Source: Victivallales bacterium (GTDB taxonomy: Bacteria > Verrucomicrobiota > Lentisphaeria > Victivallales > UBA1829). Taken from it: a DNA stretch of 64,000 nucleotides. The stretch's first letter is position 1, and each line of letters starts with the position of its first letter. Below are positions 54,427-64,000 of this stretch, in pieces. The stretch covers positions 3 through 64,002 of the forward strand of contig JAZNPK010000010.1 of the NCBI GenBank assembly GCA_045589595.1. The letters run 5' to 3'. Made by a program: the position numbers and the translations under genes. The notes beneath the pieces are model-generated. The model did no database searches, was not told where the DNA came from, and saw only the letters and a list, made by a program, of their open reading frames with translations.

Positions 54427-56969
54427 TCGGTTTTCGGGCGTCTGACGCCCCGGTGCGCAACTGCCTGCGTCGGATCTTCCGGCCAGTCATGTTTCGGGTA
54501 TCTGCCCCGCATATCTTTCCGTACAAGAAAATAGGATTCTTTCCAGAACGATTCCAGATCTTTTGTTTTCTGGACCGTCCGCATTGCCGGTGACAGAATA
54601 TCCATCAGCAGCGGTACTCTTCCGCCAGCCAGCTGCGGTGCTTTTTTCAAGCCGAAGATCTCCTGAAGACGCACGGACACAGCCGGCTGCATGGGATCGG
54701 AATAATCCAGCGTGATATGGCTGCCGCTGGGAACTTCCAGTTTTTCCGGCGCCAGTTCCCGCATTGCCATCAGTGCCCGTGGCGAAATGGTGCTTTCCAG
54801 AATGGCGCGGTAGTTGAGTTTTTTCAGATCCTCCAGCCGTTTGAAGCCGGAAACAAAGGGTGCCAGCCAGTCTTCCAGATGTTCCATCAGACCTGCTTCG
54901 CTGAGGTCGGGATAATCGTCGGCGTACCCGTTTTTGTGAAGAAATGTCACGCGGTTCCGGAATGCAAGTTCATTTTTTGAAAGATCCAGCGCCTGAAATC
55001 CGGTTTTCCGGATGCCTTCAAGAAAAACCGCAAGCACCGTTTCCGCCGGGGGATCACTGACCTGTTTTTTTTCCAGCACAAGACTGCCGTGCGCCTTGAC
55101 GCGGTAACAGCGGACGGATTTGCTGTTGTTGTCCCAGACCGCCTCAAACCGTTCCCGGATGCAGTTGCTGAGAAGGTTGTGCAGATCGTTTTCCGCAAGC
55201 GGTGCCGCCAGCCGGATCTTTGTAATGCCCCGGTGGGTGGATGTTTCGCCCACAGCAAGAAAATCAAAGCGTGTCAGGGGATCGTTCCGGTCCAGTTCCG
55301 CCGTGACGCCGTTGGCAAGCGTGTATTGGACCGGTCCGGTGCCGGTGAGCGTTGTTTCCCGTTTTTTTGCAACGCGTTCCGGGTACGCCAGAGCCAGCAG
55401 TTTACCGGGTTCGCGGATGGATCTTTTCCGGTCCTGCGGCAGAAGACGGCGCAGACGGTCCATATTCTGCAGGATCCGGCTTTTTGCTCTGTGATCGCAG
55501 GGGATGCCGCGGTCTCTGCCGAGCGCATCCAGACGCAGCGCAAGATCAGCGGAATCCGTCCGGACAAAATCCTTTTCCGCAAGGATCGCCGCCAGCCGGA
55601 CAGCTTCCTCCGAACAGCCGGTGAGGATCATGTGTCCTGCGCGGGGATGTACCGGAAGATCCAGCAGCTGCCTGCCGTGAGGCGTAAGCGTAAGGTTGTC
55701 ATCCGCCGCTCCCAGATCCTGAAGGACCCGGACCGCCTGCTGCAGATGTACATCCGGCGGTGCATCGGGGAAGGGCATGGTGTGAACTTTATCCGGGGGG
55801 ACGCCCCAGTTCAGCAGTTCCAATGTCAGTTCACACAGATCGGTTTCCATGATCTCCGGGGGACGGTGTGCTTCAAAAGACCGTTCCTCCACATCGGTCC
55901 ACATACGGATGCAGACGCCTTCCGCAGTTCGTCCGGCGCGTCCTCTGCGCTGTTCTGCCGATGCGAGGGAAACGCGGATCGTTTCCAGTCTGTCCATTCC
56001 GTTTGCGGGCGAGAATCTGGGGATCCGCATCCAGCCGGAATCGACAACGATCCTTACGCCGTCGATGGTGAGGCTGGTCTCTGCGATGGCGGTGGAGAGG
56101 ATCACTCTGCGCGCATCGGGCGTGGTTTCCGGCGTGAAAACCCGGTCCTGATCGGCGGCGGAGAGATTGCCGTACAGGGGCAGGATCTTCATCAGACCAT
56201 CGGCATTGAGGGCGTCAAGTTCCTGCTGAACCCGATGGATCTCACCTTCTCCCGGCAGAAAAACGAGCGTATCTCCGGGAAAATGATTCAGGGCGTTCCG
56301 CACAGTCCCGGCGATGAGTTTTGCTTCTTCCACCGCAGTTGCTCCGGGGGGGATCACACCGGTGTGGAGCGTCTTTACAGGGAACATCCTGCCGGGGATG
56401 TGAATGGTTGATGCGTCAGGCAGAAGTCTCTGCAATGCAGGGAGTTCCAATGTTGCCGACATGACGGTGATCCGCAGGTCGGGGCGGAGATTCTCCCGGA
56501 CATCCAGCGCCAATGCAAGCCCCAGATCCGCATGGATGCTCCGTTCATGAAATTCGTCAAAAATGATCAGCCCCACATCGGGCAGTTCCGGGTTGTTCCG
56601 GATCATCCGCGTGAGAATGGCTTCCGTTACGACTTCGATCACCGTATCCCTGCCGCAGACGGTGTCCGTACCGGTGCGGTAACCGACATGTCCGCCGCAT
56701 TTTTCGCCGAGAAGAAACGCCATCCGGGATGCCGATGCCCGCGCTGCGATCCGGCGCGGTTCCAGCATGATGATCCGTCTGCCGTTGAGCCACGGTGCGT
56801 CCGGAAATGCCAGAGGAACGAGGGTACTTTTCCCCGCTCCGGGTTCCGCGGAAAGCAGCAGGGATGCACCATCCGGCTCCAGGGCGGCGCGGATCTTTGC
56901 CAGATGTTCCGTAACAGGCAGAGACGGCAGATTTGCTGCCGGAATGGCGAATGGGACCTGATTTTTCAT
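54420..56969 (-). CDS. hrpB: ATP-dependent RNA helicase HrpB
   Basis: Motifs AEPGAGKST (Walker A), IIFDEFHERS (DEAH box) and QRRGRAGR. The length and C-terminal region are typical of HrpB. Confidence 0.88.
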   Translation of the reverse strand: MKNQVPFAIPAANLPSLPVTEHLAKIRAALEPDGASLLLSAEPGAGKSTLVPLAFPDAPWLNGRRIIMLEPRRIAARASASRMAFLLGEKCGGHVGYRTGTDTVCGRDTVIEVVTEAILTRMIRNNPELPDVGLIIFDEFHERSIHADLGLALALDVRENLRPDLRITVMSATLELPALQRLLPDASTIHIPGRMFPVKTLHTGVIPPGATAVEEAKLIAGTVRNALNHFPGDTLVFLPGEGEIHRVQQELDALNADGLMKILPLYGNLSAADQDRVFTPETTPDARRVILSTAIAETSLTIDGVRIVVDSGWMRIPRFSPANGMDRLETIRVSLASAEQRRGRAGRTAEGVCIRMWTDVEERSFEAHRPPEIMETDLCELTLELLNWGVPPDKVHTMPFPDAPPDVHLQQAVRVLQDLGAADDNLTLTPHGRQLLDLPVHPRAGHMILTGCSEEAVRLAAILAEKDFVRTDSADLALRLDALGRDRGIPCDHRAKSRILQNMDRLRRLLPQDRKRSIREPGKLLALAYPERVAKKRETTLTGTGPVQYTLANGVTAELDRNDPLTRFDFLAVGETSTHRGITKIRLAAPLAENDLHNLLSNCIRERFEAVWDNNSKSVRCYRVKAHGSLVLEKKQVSDPPAETVLAVFLEGIRKTGFQALDLSKNELAFRNRVTFLHKNGYADDYPDLSEAGLMEHLEDWLAPFVSGFKRLEDLKKLNYRAILESTISPRALMAMRELAPEKLEVPSGSHITLDYSDPMQPAVSVRLQEIFGLKKAPQLAGGRVPLLMDILSPAMRTVQKTKDLESFWKESYFLVRKDMRGRYPKHDWPEDPTQAVAHRGVRRPKTDH

Positions 56970-57081
56970 AAAAATGTTAAAAAAATGCTGATTTTTTTGT
57001 TTTTGCTATATAAAAATACACGCGAAGGGTGTATATTGCAAGGCAATACTGTAAAAACCAGAGAATTTTCAGGAGTAAGCT

Positions 57082-59007
57082 ATGAAAAAAATCGAAATCG
57101 TACGCGGCGGAACCACTTTTACTTTTGAGGCTCCGAAGGGGATCTATTCCTTTTCCGGCAAAGTCTTTTCACTGAACGGACTGAGTCCCGCTCTGTATAT
57201 GAACGGCGCAAAAACTTCTTTCGGTGCATGGAAGATCGTAAAAGAATCGGAAACCGGTATGACTGCGCAGGCGTCCGGAAAAAGCGGCATCTGGGATTTC
57301 AAAGCATCCGTGGATAAAAACGGCAAACTGGTTCTCGGACTTTCCTGCCGTCTGAAAGAACCCTGCGAAGATCTGGATATCCGTTACTTTGAAAATGCAG
57401 CCATTCCCGCCGATCATCTTGCCGCGCAAGGCAACAAGACCGGCGGATGTGAACTTTACAAACTGACCGGAAAAGATGTGAAGAAGGAAGATTTCAAGAG
57501 CGCATCCGTGATGACGATCACGAAAAAGAAAGTGCAGTTGACCGTGTCTTCTCCGCTCCGCGGCGATCATCTTGAATCTTATACCGGCCGCGTGAAAAAA
57601 GGCGGACTGGAAGATGTTCAGGCTGGAGCAGTGATCCGCCACATCACCGCGAAAAACATCAAACTCAAAGAACTTTCGATCCGTGAAGGTGACGGTTTTC
57701 AGGCGCTTTACGCTTACGCTGATGAAAACTGCAAACTCAAACGGGATCTCAGCCCCTATGTCGCTCCCGGCTGGAACTCCTGGGATTATTACCGCTGGAC
57801 GATCACTGAAGATGAAGTGCTGGAAAACGCTGAATTCATCGCACACGATCCCGTTCTTTCCAAACATGTGAAGAAGATCATCATTGACGATGGCTGGCAG
57901 TATGCTTACGGCGAATGGAAAGCCAACAGCTACTTCCCCCACGGCATGAAATGGATGGCGGAGCAGCTCAAAAAAATGAAATTCATGCCGGGTCTCTGGG
58001 TCGCACCCAATATCATCGAACCCCAGTCATGGATCGCCCAGATGGAACCGGATATGCTCGCAAAAGCGGAAAACGGACAGGGCACGCTCTGCTGGGAATG
58101 TATGAAACGCCACGGATTCATTCTTGACCCGACGGTGGAAAAATCCAGAAAGTTCATCTACGATCTCTTTGACGGTCTCGTGAAGGACGGCTTTGAATAT
58201 TTCAAGGTGGACTTCCTCTGGGGGCTTTACGGTGCGCGTCAGTTTACGGATAAAAAAGTCGGACGCGGCAATCTTGTGGATCTGACGCTCGGACCCGCAC
58301 GGGAAGCGATCAACGGCAAAGCCCATCTGCTGGGCTGCGGTTATCCCTTCTGCGGCGGTGAGATCGTGGATATGGCGCGTGTGGGCGGCGACATCCATTC
58401 CCGCTGGAGCAGTATCAAAGCCAATACCCCGTCCATCGCCCTGCGTTACTGGGCAAACAAGAAACTCTGGATCAACGATCCGGACTTTGCGCTGTGCCGC
58501 GGCTTCGATACATCCGAAGACCCGGCAATGAATCAGATGCGCTGCTGTATGGTGTATGTGAAACCGGATGAAAAAGATCCCGATTTCTTCGGCGGAAAAT
58601 GGGAACTGGTGGATGTGAACCGGTCTCAGGCGGAAGTCCTCCTTTCGCTGGTGATCTGTGCCGGCGGTTCGGTGAACCTGTCCGACAAGATGACGCGCCT
58701 GAACGAGTCCGGGCTGGATCTCGCCCGCCGTACGGTCGCTGCGGAAAGCGGAGATGCGGCGCTGCCCCTTGATCTGTTCAGCGAAAATCTGCCGAAATAC
58801 TGGGTGCAGAAAGTCGGCGACCATCACCGCGTGCTGATGATTAACTGGGAAGATGCGCCCGCAGTTCTGCGGATGGATCTGAATCAGCTCGGTCTGCCTG
58901 CCGGAAAACTCCGGAACTTCTGGAACGATAAAGCCGTCAAGGCGAAAAACGGCGTGATCGAGGTGGAACTCGCACCCCGGTCCTGTCTCTTTACGGAGGT
59001 CCGGTAA
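57082..59007 (+). CDS. alpha-galactosidase-like glycoside hydrolase (clan GH-D, GH36/GH27-like)
   Basis: Motifs GWNSWDYY, IIDDGWQ and YFKVDF (candidate nucleophile Asp region). No signal peptide. Confidence 0.65.
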   Translation: MKKIEIVRGGTTFTFEAPKGIYSFSGKVFSLNGLSPALYMNGAKTSFGAWKIVKESETGMTAQASGKSGIWDFKASVDKNGKLVLGLSCRLKEPCEDLDIRYFENAAIPADHLAAQGNKTGGCELYKLTGKDVKKEDFKSASVMTITKKKVQLTVSSPLRGDHLESYTGRVKKGGLEDVQAGAVIRHITAKNIKLKELSIREGDGFQALYAYADENCKLKRDLSPYVAPGWNSWDYYRWTITEDEVLENAEFIAHDPVLSKHVKKIIIDDGWQYAYGEWKANSYFPHGMKWMAEQLKKMKFMPGLWVAPNIIEPQSWIAQMEPDMLAKAENGQGTLCWECMKRHGFILDPTVEKSRKFIYDLFDGLVKDGFEYFKVDFLWGLYGARQFTDKKVGRGNLVDLTLGPAREAINGKAHLLGCGYPFCGGEIVDMARVGGDIHSRWSSIKANTPSIALRYWANKKLWINDPDFALCRGFDTSEDPAMNQMRCCMVYVKPDEKDPDFFGGKWELVDVNRSQAEVLLSLVICAGGSVNLSDKMTRLNESGLDLARRTVAAESGDAALPLDLFSENLPKYWVQKVGDHHRVLMINWEDAPAVLRMDLNQLGLPAGKLRNFWNDKAVKAKNGVIEVELAPRSCLFTEVR

Positions 59008-59010
59008 TCT

Positions 59011-59610
59011 ATGCAGATCAAGAGTTTTCTTCTTGCGGCACTGCTGCTGTTCTGCGGAGTCCTTGCCGCGCAGCAGAAGATCGCCGTGGTTGACATGCAG
59101 AAAGTCTTTTCCGGTTACGACCGGACGAAGACCATTGAGCTGAAGATCAATCAGCAGGTCGATATCTACAAGCAGTATGCCGCCGGGCTGATGAAGGAAT
59201 ATCAGACCCTGCGTGCCGAGTTTGAAAAATTGCGTGACGAATCCCAGAACATTGCCCTGAGCGAGTCGGAACGGGAAAACCGGCGTCTCCGCGCTGTGGA
59301 AAAAGCAGAGCAGGTCAAACGCAAAGAAAATGAACTGGAAGATTACAACAAGTCGCGTCAGAAACAGATGAAAGAACAGTTTGAAAAACTCCGTGCCGAA
59401 GTGCTGGAGGAGATCAAAGCTGTTGTGAAAAATAAATGCGTGCTGGAAGGATGGACGATGGCGCTGGACAAATCCGGCGTCACCATGTCCGAACTGCCGC
59501 TGGTCATTTACAATACCCCTGCCGTTGATCTGACACAGTCCGTTCTGGAAGAACTGAACCGTGCCTACCGCACCGGCAAAAAGAAAAAAGATAAACCCGT
59601 TGCAAAATAA
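59011..59610 (+). CDS. OmpH/Skp family periplasmic chaperone
   Basis: Signal peptide, then KIAVVDMQKVF and a long coiled-coil body. The size of about 200 aa fits the family. Confidence 0.8.
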   Translation: MQIKSFLLAALLLFCGVLAAQQKIAVVDMQKVFSGYDRTKTIELKINQQVDIYKQYAAGLMKEYQTLRAEFEKLRDESQNIALSESERENRRLRAVEKAEQVKRKENELEDYNKSRQKQMKEQFEKLRAEVLEEIKAVVKNKCVLEGWTMALDKSGVTMSELPLVIYNTPAVDLTQSVLEELNRAYRTGKKKKDKPVAK

Positions 59611-59629
59611 CGAAAGAGATACAGACATC

Positions 59630-61594
59630 ATGAGCGAAAGCAGTTATTACGTCACAACCCCCATCTACTATGTGAACGATAAACCCCATATCGGTCACGC
59701 CTATACCACAGTGCTGGCAGACATCCTTGCCCGTTATCACCGTGCAGCCGGAGACGACACCTATTTTCTCACCGGCACCGATGAACACGGACAGAAAGTT
59801 CAGAAAGCCGCCACGGAAAACAATATGACGCCTCAGGAACAGTGCGATGCCACCGTGATCCGTTTTCAGGAACTCTGGCAGAAACTGGGCATCACCAACG
59901 ATGACTTCATCCGCACGACTCAGGACCGCCATAAAAACATTGTCCGCGCCATCATGCAGGATCTTTATGACCGGGACCTGATCTACAAAGCGGAATACAA
60001 AGGCCGCTACTGCGTTCCCTGCGAACGGTTCTTCACGGAAAAAGATCTGGCGGAAGGCGGACTCTGCCCCGATTGCGGCAGACCCACCGATGAGATCATC
60101 GAATCCAATTACTTTTTCCGCATGAGCAAATATCAGGACTGGCTGATCGGATATATCACGGATCATCCGGATTTCATTCAGCCTGCATTCCGCGCCAATG
60201 AAACGCTGGGCTTCCTCCGCAAACCGCTGGAAGACCTTTGTATCTCCCGTCCGAAATCCCGTCTGGCGTGGGGGATCGAACTGCCTTTCGATCCGGATTA
60301 CGTCTGCTACGTCTGGTTCGATGCCCTGATCAACTATATTTCCGCCATCGGCTACAGATCCAACGATGAACTGTTCAACCGCTTCTGGAAATCCTGTCAC
60401 CACCTGATCGGCAAAGACATCCTGACCACTCATACGGTGTATTGGCCCACCATGCTGAAAGCCATGGGCGTGGAAATGCCCAACAGCATTTTTGCCCACG
60501 GCTGGTGGCTCTCCGGCACTGACAAGATGAGCAAATCCAGAGGCAACGTTGTGAACCCCATGGATATGGCGGACCGGTACGGCGTGGATGCGTTCCGTTA
60601 CTTCCTGATGGCGGGTATGACGCTCGGCAATGATGCATCTTTCACGGAAGGTGAATTTATTGCCCGCTACAACAGTGATCTGGCGAACGACCTCGGCAAT
60701 CTGTTGAGCCGCGTGGTGAAACTGGCGATCAAGAATTTCGATGGCAAACTGCCCGCCCCGGATGATTTGGAACTGCTGGATAAGGAACTGGGGGCGAAAG
60801 CGTATCAGGCGATCGATCAGCTCGCGGCATCTGTCAACAGTATGAAACTGGATAAAGGCATCGATGCTGTGATGAATGTGGTCCGTGCCGGAAACCGTTA
60901 TCTGGAACAGACCGCCCCGTGGACTCTGGCGAAGAACGGCGATATGAAACGCCTCGGCACCGTCCTCTACACGGCTGCGGAAGTTCTCCGGATCGTGTCC
61001 GGTCTCTTTATGCCTCTGATGCCGGAAAAAATGGCGGAACTGCGCCGCACTCTCGGTATGACGGAAGAACAGGTGCAGGCATTTGATTTTGAATCGCTCC
61101 GCAACATCGGAACATTGACGCCCGGTACGCCGCTGAAAGATATTGCCGGTCTCTTCCCCCGTATTCAGGTGGAGGAACCCGTCTGCAGCAAACCGGCACA
61201 GCAGAAACCCGCTCCGGAAAAAGCCAAAAAGGTCAAAGCCAAAGCGGAAGAACCTGCTCTGCCGGAAGGCGTGATCACCATCGATCAGTTCATCAAAGTC
61301 CAGTTGAAGACCGCAAAGGTCCTGACAGCTGAACGGGTGGAAGGTACGGAAAAACTGATGCGCCTGACCATTGAAGTCGGCGAAGAAAAACGCCCCCTTG
61401 TGGCAGGGATCGCCCAGTTCTATACGCCGGAGGAATTGATCGGAAAGATCATTGTGATCGTTGCCAATCTGCGTCCGGCAGTGATCCGCGGCAATGAATC
61501 CCACGGTATGCTGCTGGCGGCAAAATGTGATGCCGGTCTGAAACTGGTGACTGTTGACGGCGGCGATTTCCCCAGCGGGGTAAGTATCGGTTAA
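59630..61594 (+). CDS. metG: methionine--tRNA ligase
   Basis: HIGH motif (KPHIGHAYT), Zn knuckles (CVPCERF...CPDCG), KMSKS (DKMSKSRGN) and a C-terminal EMAP-type tRNA-binding domain. Start set at MSESSYY (ATG 59630). Confidence 0.95.
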   Translation: MSESSYYVTTPIYYVNDKPHIGHAYTTVLADILARYHRAAGDDTYFLTGTDEHGQKVQKAATENNMTPQEQCDATVIRFQELWQKLGITNDDFIRTTQDRHKNIVRAIMQDLYDRDLIYKAEYKGRYCVPCERFFTEKDLAEGGLCPDCGRPTDEIIESNYFFRMSKYQDWLIGYITDHPDFIQPAFRANETLGFLRKPLEDLCISRPKSRLAWGIELPFDPDYVCYVWFDALINYISAIGYRSNDELFNRFWKSCHHLIGKDILTTHTVYWPTMLKAMGVEMPNSIFAHGWWLSGTDKMSKSRGNVVNPMDMADRYGVDAFRYFLMAGMTLGNDASFTEGEFIARYNSDLANDLGNLLSRVVKLAIKNFDGKLPAPDDLELLDKELGAKAYQAIDQLAASVNSMKLDKGIDAVMNVVRAGNRYLEQTAPWTLAKNGDMKRLGTVLYTAAEVLRIVSGLFMPLMPEKMAELRRTLGMTEEQVQAFDFESLRNIGTLTPGTPLKDIAGLFPRIQVEEPVCSKPAQQKPAPEKAKKVKAKAEEPALPEGVITIDQFIKVQLKTAKVLTAERVEGTEKLMRLTIEVGEEKRPLVAGIAQFYTPEELIGKIIVIVANLRPAVIRGNESHGMLLAAKCDAGLKLVTVDGGDFPSGVSIG

Positions 61595-61627
61595 GTTGAA
61601 CTGCAGCAGAGGAGCAGAAGAAATAAA

Positions 61628-63091
61628 ATGTTGATGTTTTTGTCAGGTCTTGTATTGTTGATCGCCGGTTATTTTACCTACGGGCGTCTGGTGGAAAAGA
61701 TCATCGGACCCGATGACCGGAAGACTCCGGCGGTGGAAGTGAACGACGGCGTGGATTATCTGGTGCTGCCGAAATGGAAAAACATGCTGATCCAGCTGTT
61801 GAACATTGCCGGTGTGGGACCGGTGATCGGGGTGATCCTCGGAGTCAAGTTCGGGGAGATCGTTTTTCTCATCATCCCCATCGGCTGTGTGATCGCCGGG
61901 GCAACTCATGACTTCCTCGCCGGGATGATGTCGCTCCGGGACAACGGGGCGAACCTGACAAAGATCATCCGCACCAATCTCGGCAAAGGGTACGCCGGAT
62001 TCTTTTCCGTGTTCACGGTGGGATTGCTGCTGCTGGTGGTGGCTGTCTTCATCAACATCCCTGCCAATCTCTGCAGCAATCTGATCTGCGGCGATTCCTC
62101 CATCTTCTGGTTGTGTGTCGCTCTGATCTTTGCTTATTATGTGATCGCCACATTGTTCCCGGTCGACAAGATCATCGGCACGATCTATCCCTTCTTTGCC
62201 GCCATGCTCCTGCTCGGTTCCGCGGCACTGTTTGTGGTGATGATGGTGGACGGCGCCCTGAATCCGGATCTTCTGGAGGAATCCGCAATGTTTGAACTGG
62301 CAAAATTCAAGCCGCCCCATGCGCCGATCATTCCCCTGTTGTTCGTGACCATTGCCTGCGGGATCATTTCCGGGTTCCACGCCACGCAGTCGCCCATTGT
62401 TGCCCGGACGATGAAAAGCGAACGGGAAGCGCGGATCACCTTCTACGGCATGATGATCGCAGAAGGCGTGATCGCCATGATTTGGGCGGGCGCTGCACTG
62501 ATCATCTACAATCAGTTCCCTGAGTTTATGGCAAGGAATCCCAACAGCACCCTCAGCAAGATCACAACGGAAATGCTGGGACCCGGCATGGGAACGGTTA
62601 CGGTAGTCGCGGTAATCATTCTGGCGGTGACGTCCGGCGATACGGCGTTGCGCAGTACCCGTCTGATGGCGTCGGAGATCTTCCGTATCCCCCAGATCAG
62701 GATCACGAACCGGATCCTGGTCTGTCTGCCGCTGATTCTGGTCGTGGGGGCTTTGCTCTTCTGGTCGAACAGCGATGAAAAATCGTTCAGCTATCTCTGG
62801 AACTACTTTGCATGGGGTAATCAGGTCCTTGCCGCCTCCACGCTGATGGCGGGTACGGTCTGGCTGATGCGCCGCGGCAAAAATATGCTGATCGCATTGG
62901 TTCCGGGCATGTTTATGACCTTCATCATTGCCGCATACATCCTCTGGACGAGCAAGGAGCATAAACAGGCGTACGGCTTCGGTCTGCCCCTGTGGCTCGC
63001 GTGTACCATCGGTATTCTGGTGGCTTGCGGTGCGGCGTTCTGCGCTTACCGTCTCGGCAAAAAGAAAAATGATGAATTGATCCCGGAATAA
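61628..63091 (+). CDS. cstA: carbon starvation protein A family transporter
   Basis: The N-terminus LIAGYFTYGRLVEKI ... LLNIAGVGPVIG is a CstA signature, and the protein has many TM segments. Confidence 0.88.
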   Translation: MLMFLSGLVLLIAGYFTYGRLVEKIIGPDDRKTPAVEVNDGVDYLVLPKWKNMLIQLLNIAGVGPVIGVILGVKFGEIVFLIIPIGCVIAGATHDFLAGMMSLRDNGANLTKIIRTNLGKGYAGFFSVFTVGLLLLVVAVFINIPANLCSNLICGDSSIFWLCVALIFAYYVIATLFPVDKIIGTIYPFFAAMLLLGSAALFVVMMVDGALNPDLLEESAMFELAKFKPPHAPIIPLLFVTIACGIISGFHATQSPIVARTMKSEREARITFYGMMIAEGVIAMIWAGAALIIYNQFPEFMARNPNSTLSKITTEMLGPGMGTVTVVAVIILAVTSGDTALRSTRLMASEIFRIPQIRITNRILVCLPLILVVGALLFWSNSDEKSFSYLWNYFAWGNQVLAASTLMAGTVWLMRRGKNMLIALVPGMFMTFIIAAYILWTSKEHKQAYGFGLPLWLACTIGILVACGAAFCAYRLGKKKNDELIPE

Positions 63092-63114
63092 AAAGGATAC
63101 TGCTTTATGGCATC

Positions 63115-64000
63115 GGGTAACGGCTTGAGACCACAGATCGCCCGGATCGGCGATTATATGATCGAGGGACAACTCGGTACCGGCGGCATGGGCGTTGTCT
63201 ATAAGGCGCGCCAGATTTCCCTGCACCGGACCGTTGCGCTGAAAGTCCTCCGGGACAATCTGGCATCGGATCAGGTCTATATGCAGCGGTTCTTTTACGA
63301 GGTGCGTCTGCTTGCCAGTATGGAACACCCCAATATGGTCCGGGTCTTCGAGGCGGGAAGAGACCGGGGCAGTATTTATTTCTCTATGGAATATGTGGAA
63401 GGCAGCGATCTGAAAAACTGTCTGGACCGCCGGAAAAAGTTTACAGAAAAGAAAGCCGCAGATATCGGTGCAAAGATCGCCGCAGCACTTGCTTTCGCTT
63501 GGAACAAAGAGCGTCTGGTCCATCGTGACATCAAGCCTGCCAATATTATGCTTCTGCCGGACGGATCGGCAAAGATCCTGGATCTGGGCATTTCAAAAAA
63601 GTTGGGAAACAGCGAAGAAATGCTCCAGACAAGTTCCGGTGTGATGGTCGGTTCCCCCACATATATGAGCCCGGAACAGGCGCGGGCGGATCAGGATCTG
63701 GATTTCCGGACCGATATTTATTCCCTCGGCGTATCCCTGTTCCAGATATTGGCGGGTGAAGCACCTTACGCCGGAAAAAATGCCGTGGCTGTGGTGACGC
63801 AGCATCTTTCCGCGCCGATCCCGGATGTCCGGATGTACAGACCCGATGTCTCCGGAAAATTCGCCCGTGTGATCCGCAGAATGATGGCAAAGGAACCTGC
63901 CGACCGTTACGACTCATGGGAAGAAGTGGAAGCGGAAATGAAAGCCATTGTCGCACTCCCGAAACGGCGGTTCAGACTGCCTTATTTCGGCAGACTGGTC
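63115..64000 (+). CDS. Ser/Thr protein kinase, 3' end beyond the window
   Basis: Not in the ORF track because no stop codon lies within the window. Translation from ATG 63115 gives MASGNGLRPQIARIGDYMIEGQLGTGGMGVVYKARQ...ALKVL, then HRDIKPANIML and DLG. Confidence 0.85.

Noticed and set aside
58027-63523. Minus-strand ORFs of 534, 666 and 626 aa (58027-59631, 59504-61504, 61643-63523)
   Set aside because: They are antisense to the alpha-galactosidase-like gene, skp, metG and cstA, all of which have clear family motifs. These ORFs cross gene boundaries and have a shadow-like composition.

Overview
Gene-dense chromosomal segment with about 46 CDS, one tRNA-Thr, and no rRNA, CRISPR array, transposase, integrase or recognisable defence genes. 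It is moderately GC-rich by eye (not computed). Sense codons TTA, CTA and TCA are strongly avoided, which produces many long spurious antisense ORFs. Housekeeping genes present are asd, guaB, carB, hisD-hisC, metG, hrpB, trxB-like and nrdDG. Carbohydrate-utilisation genes are interleaved: araB, ThuA, three Gfo/Idh/MocA oxidoreductases, a sugar-phosphate isomerase, two DUF4091-type proteins, a clan GH-A hydrolase, an alpha-galactosidase-like enzyme and two AraC regulators. An 11-kb same-strand operon encodes prepilin-like proteins, a 1207-aa GspK-like protein, a Ser/Thr kinase and a Wzy_C/TPR membrane protein. The content suggests an anaerobic polysaccharide degrader of the PVC superphylum (Lentisphaerota- or Verrucomicrobiota-like); this is inference only. 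Four things are most worth a second look. (1) Five intergenic nested palindromes each fold as a long closing stem around exactly three hairpins. Four of them share a GGCGCGGC/GCCGCGC(C) junction core, and I cannot assign them to any known repeat or RNA family. (2) The nrdG-nrdD-trxB-orf operon has a thioredoxin-fold domain (CPNC) fused to the C-terminus of NrdD, and its TrxB-like protein lacks the HRRxxxR NADPH motif. (3) The pseudopilin operon has no assembly machinery nearby and encodes a giant GspK-like protein with an in-frame 12-nt (GGGI)9 repeat. (4) A PUL-like cluster encodes large secreted proteins of unknown family. All functional calls rest on motif recognition by eye; no database search was possible.
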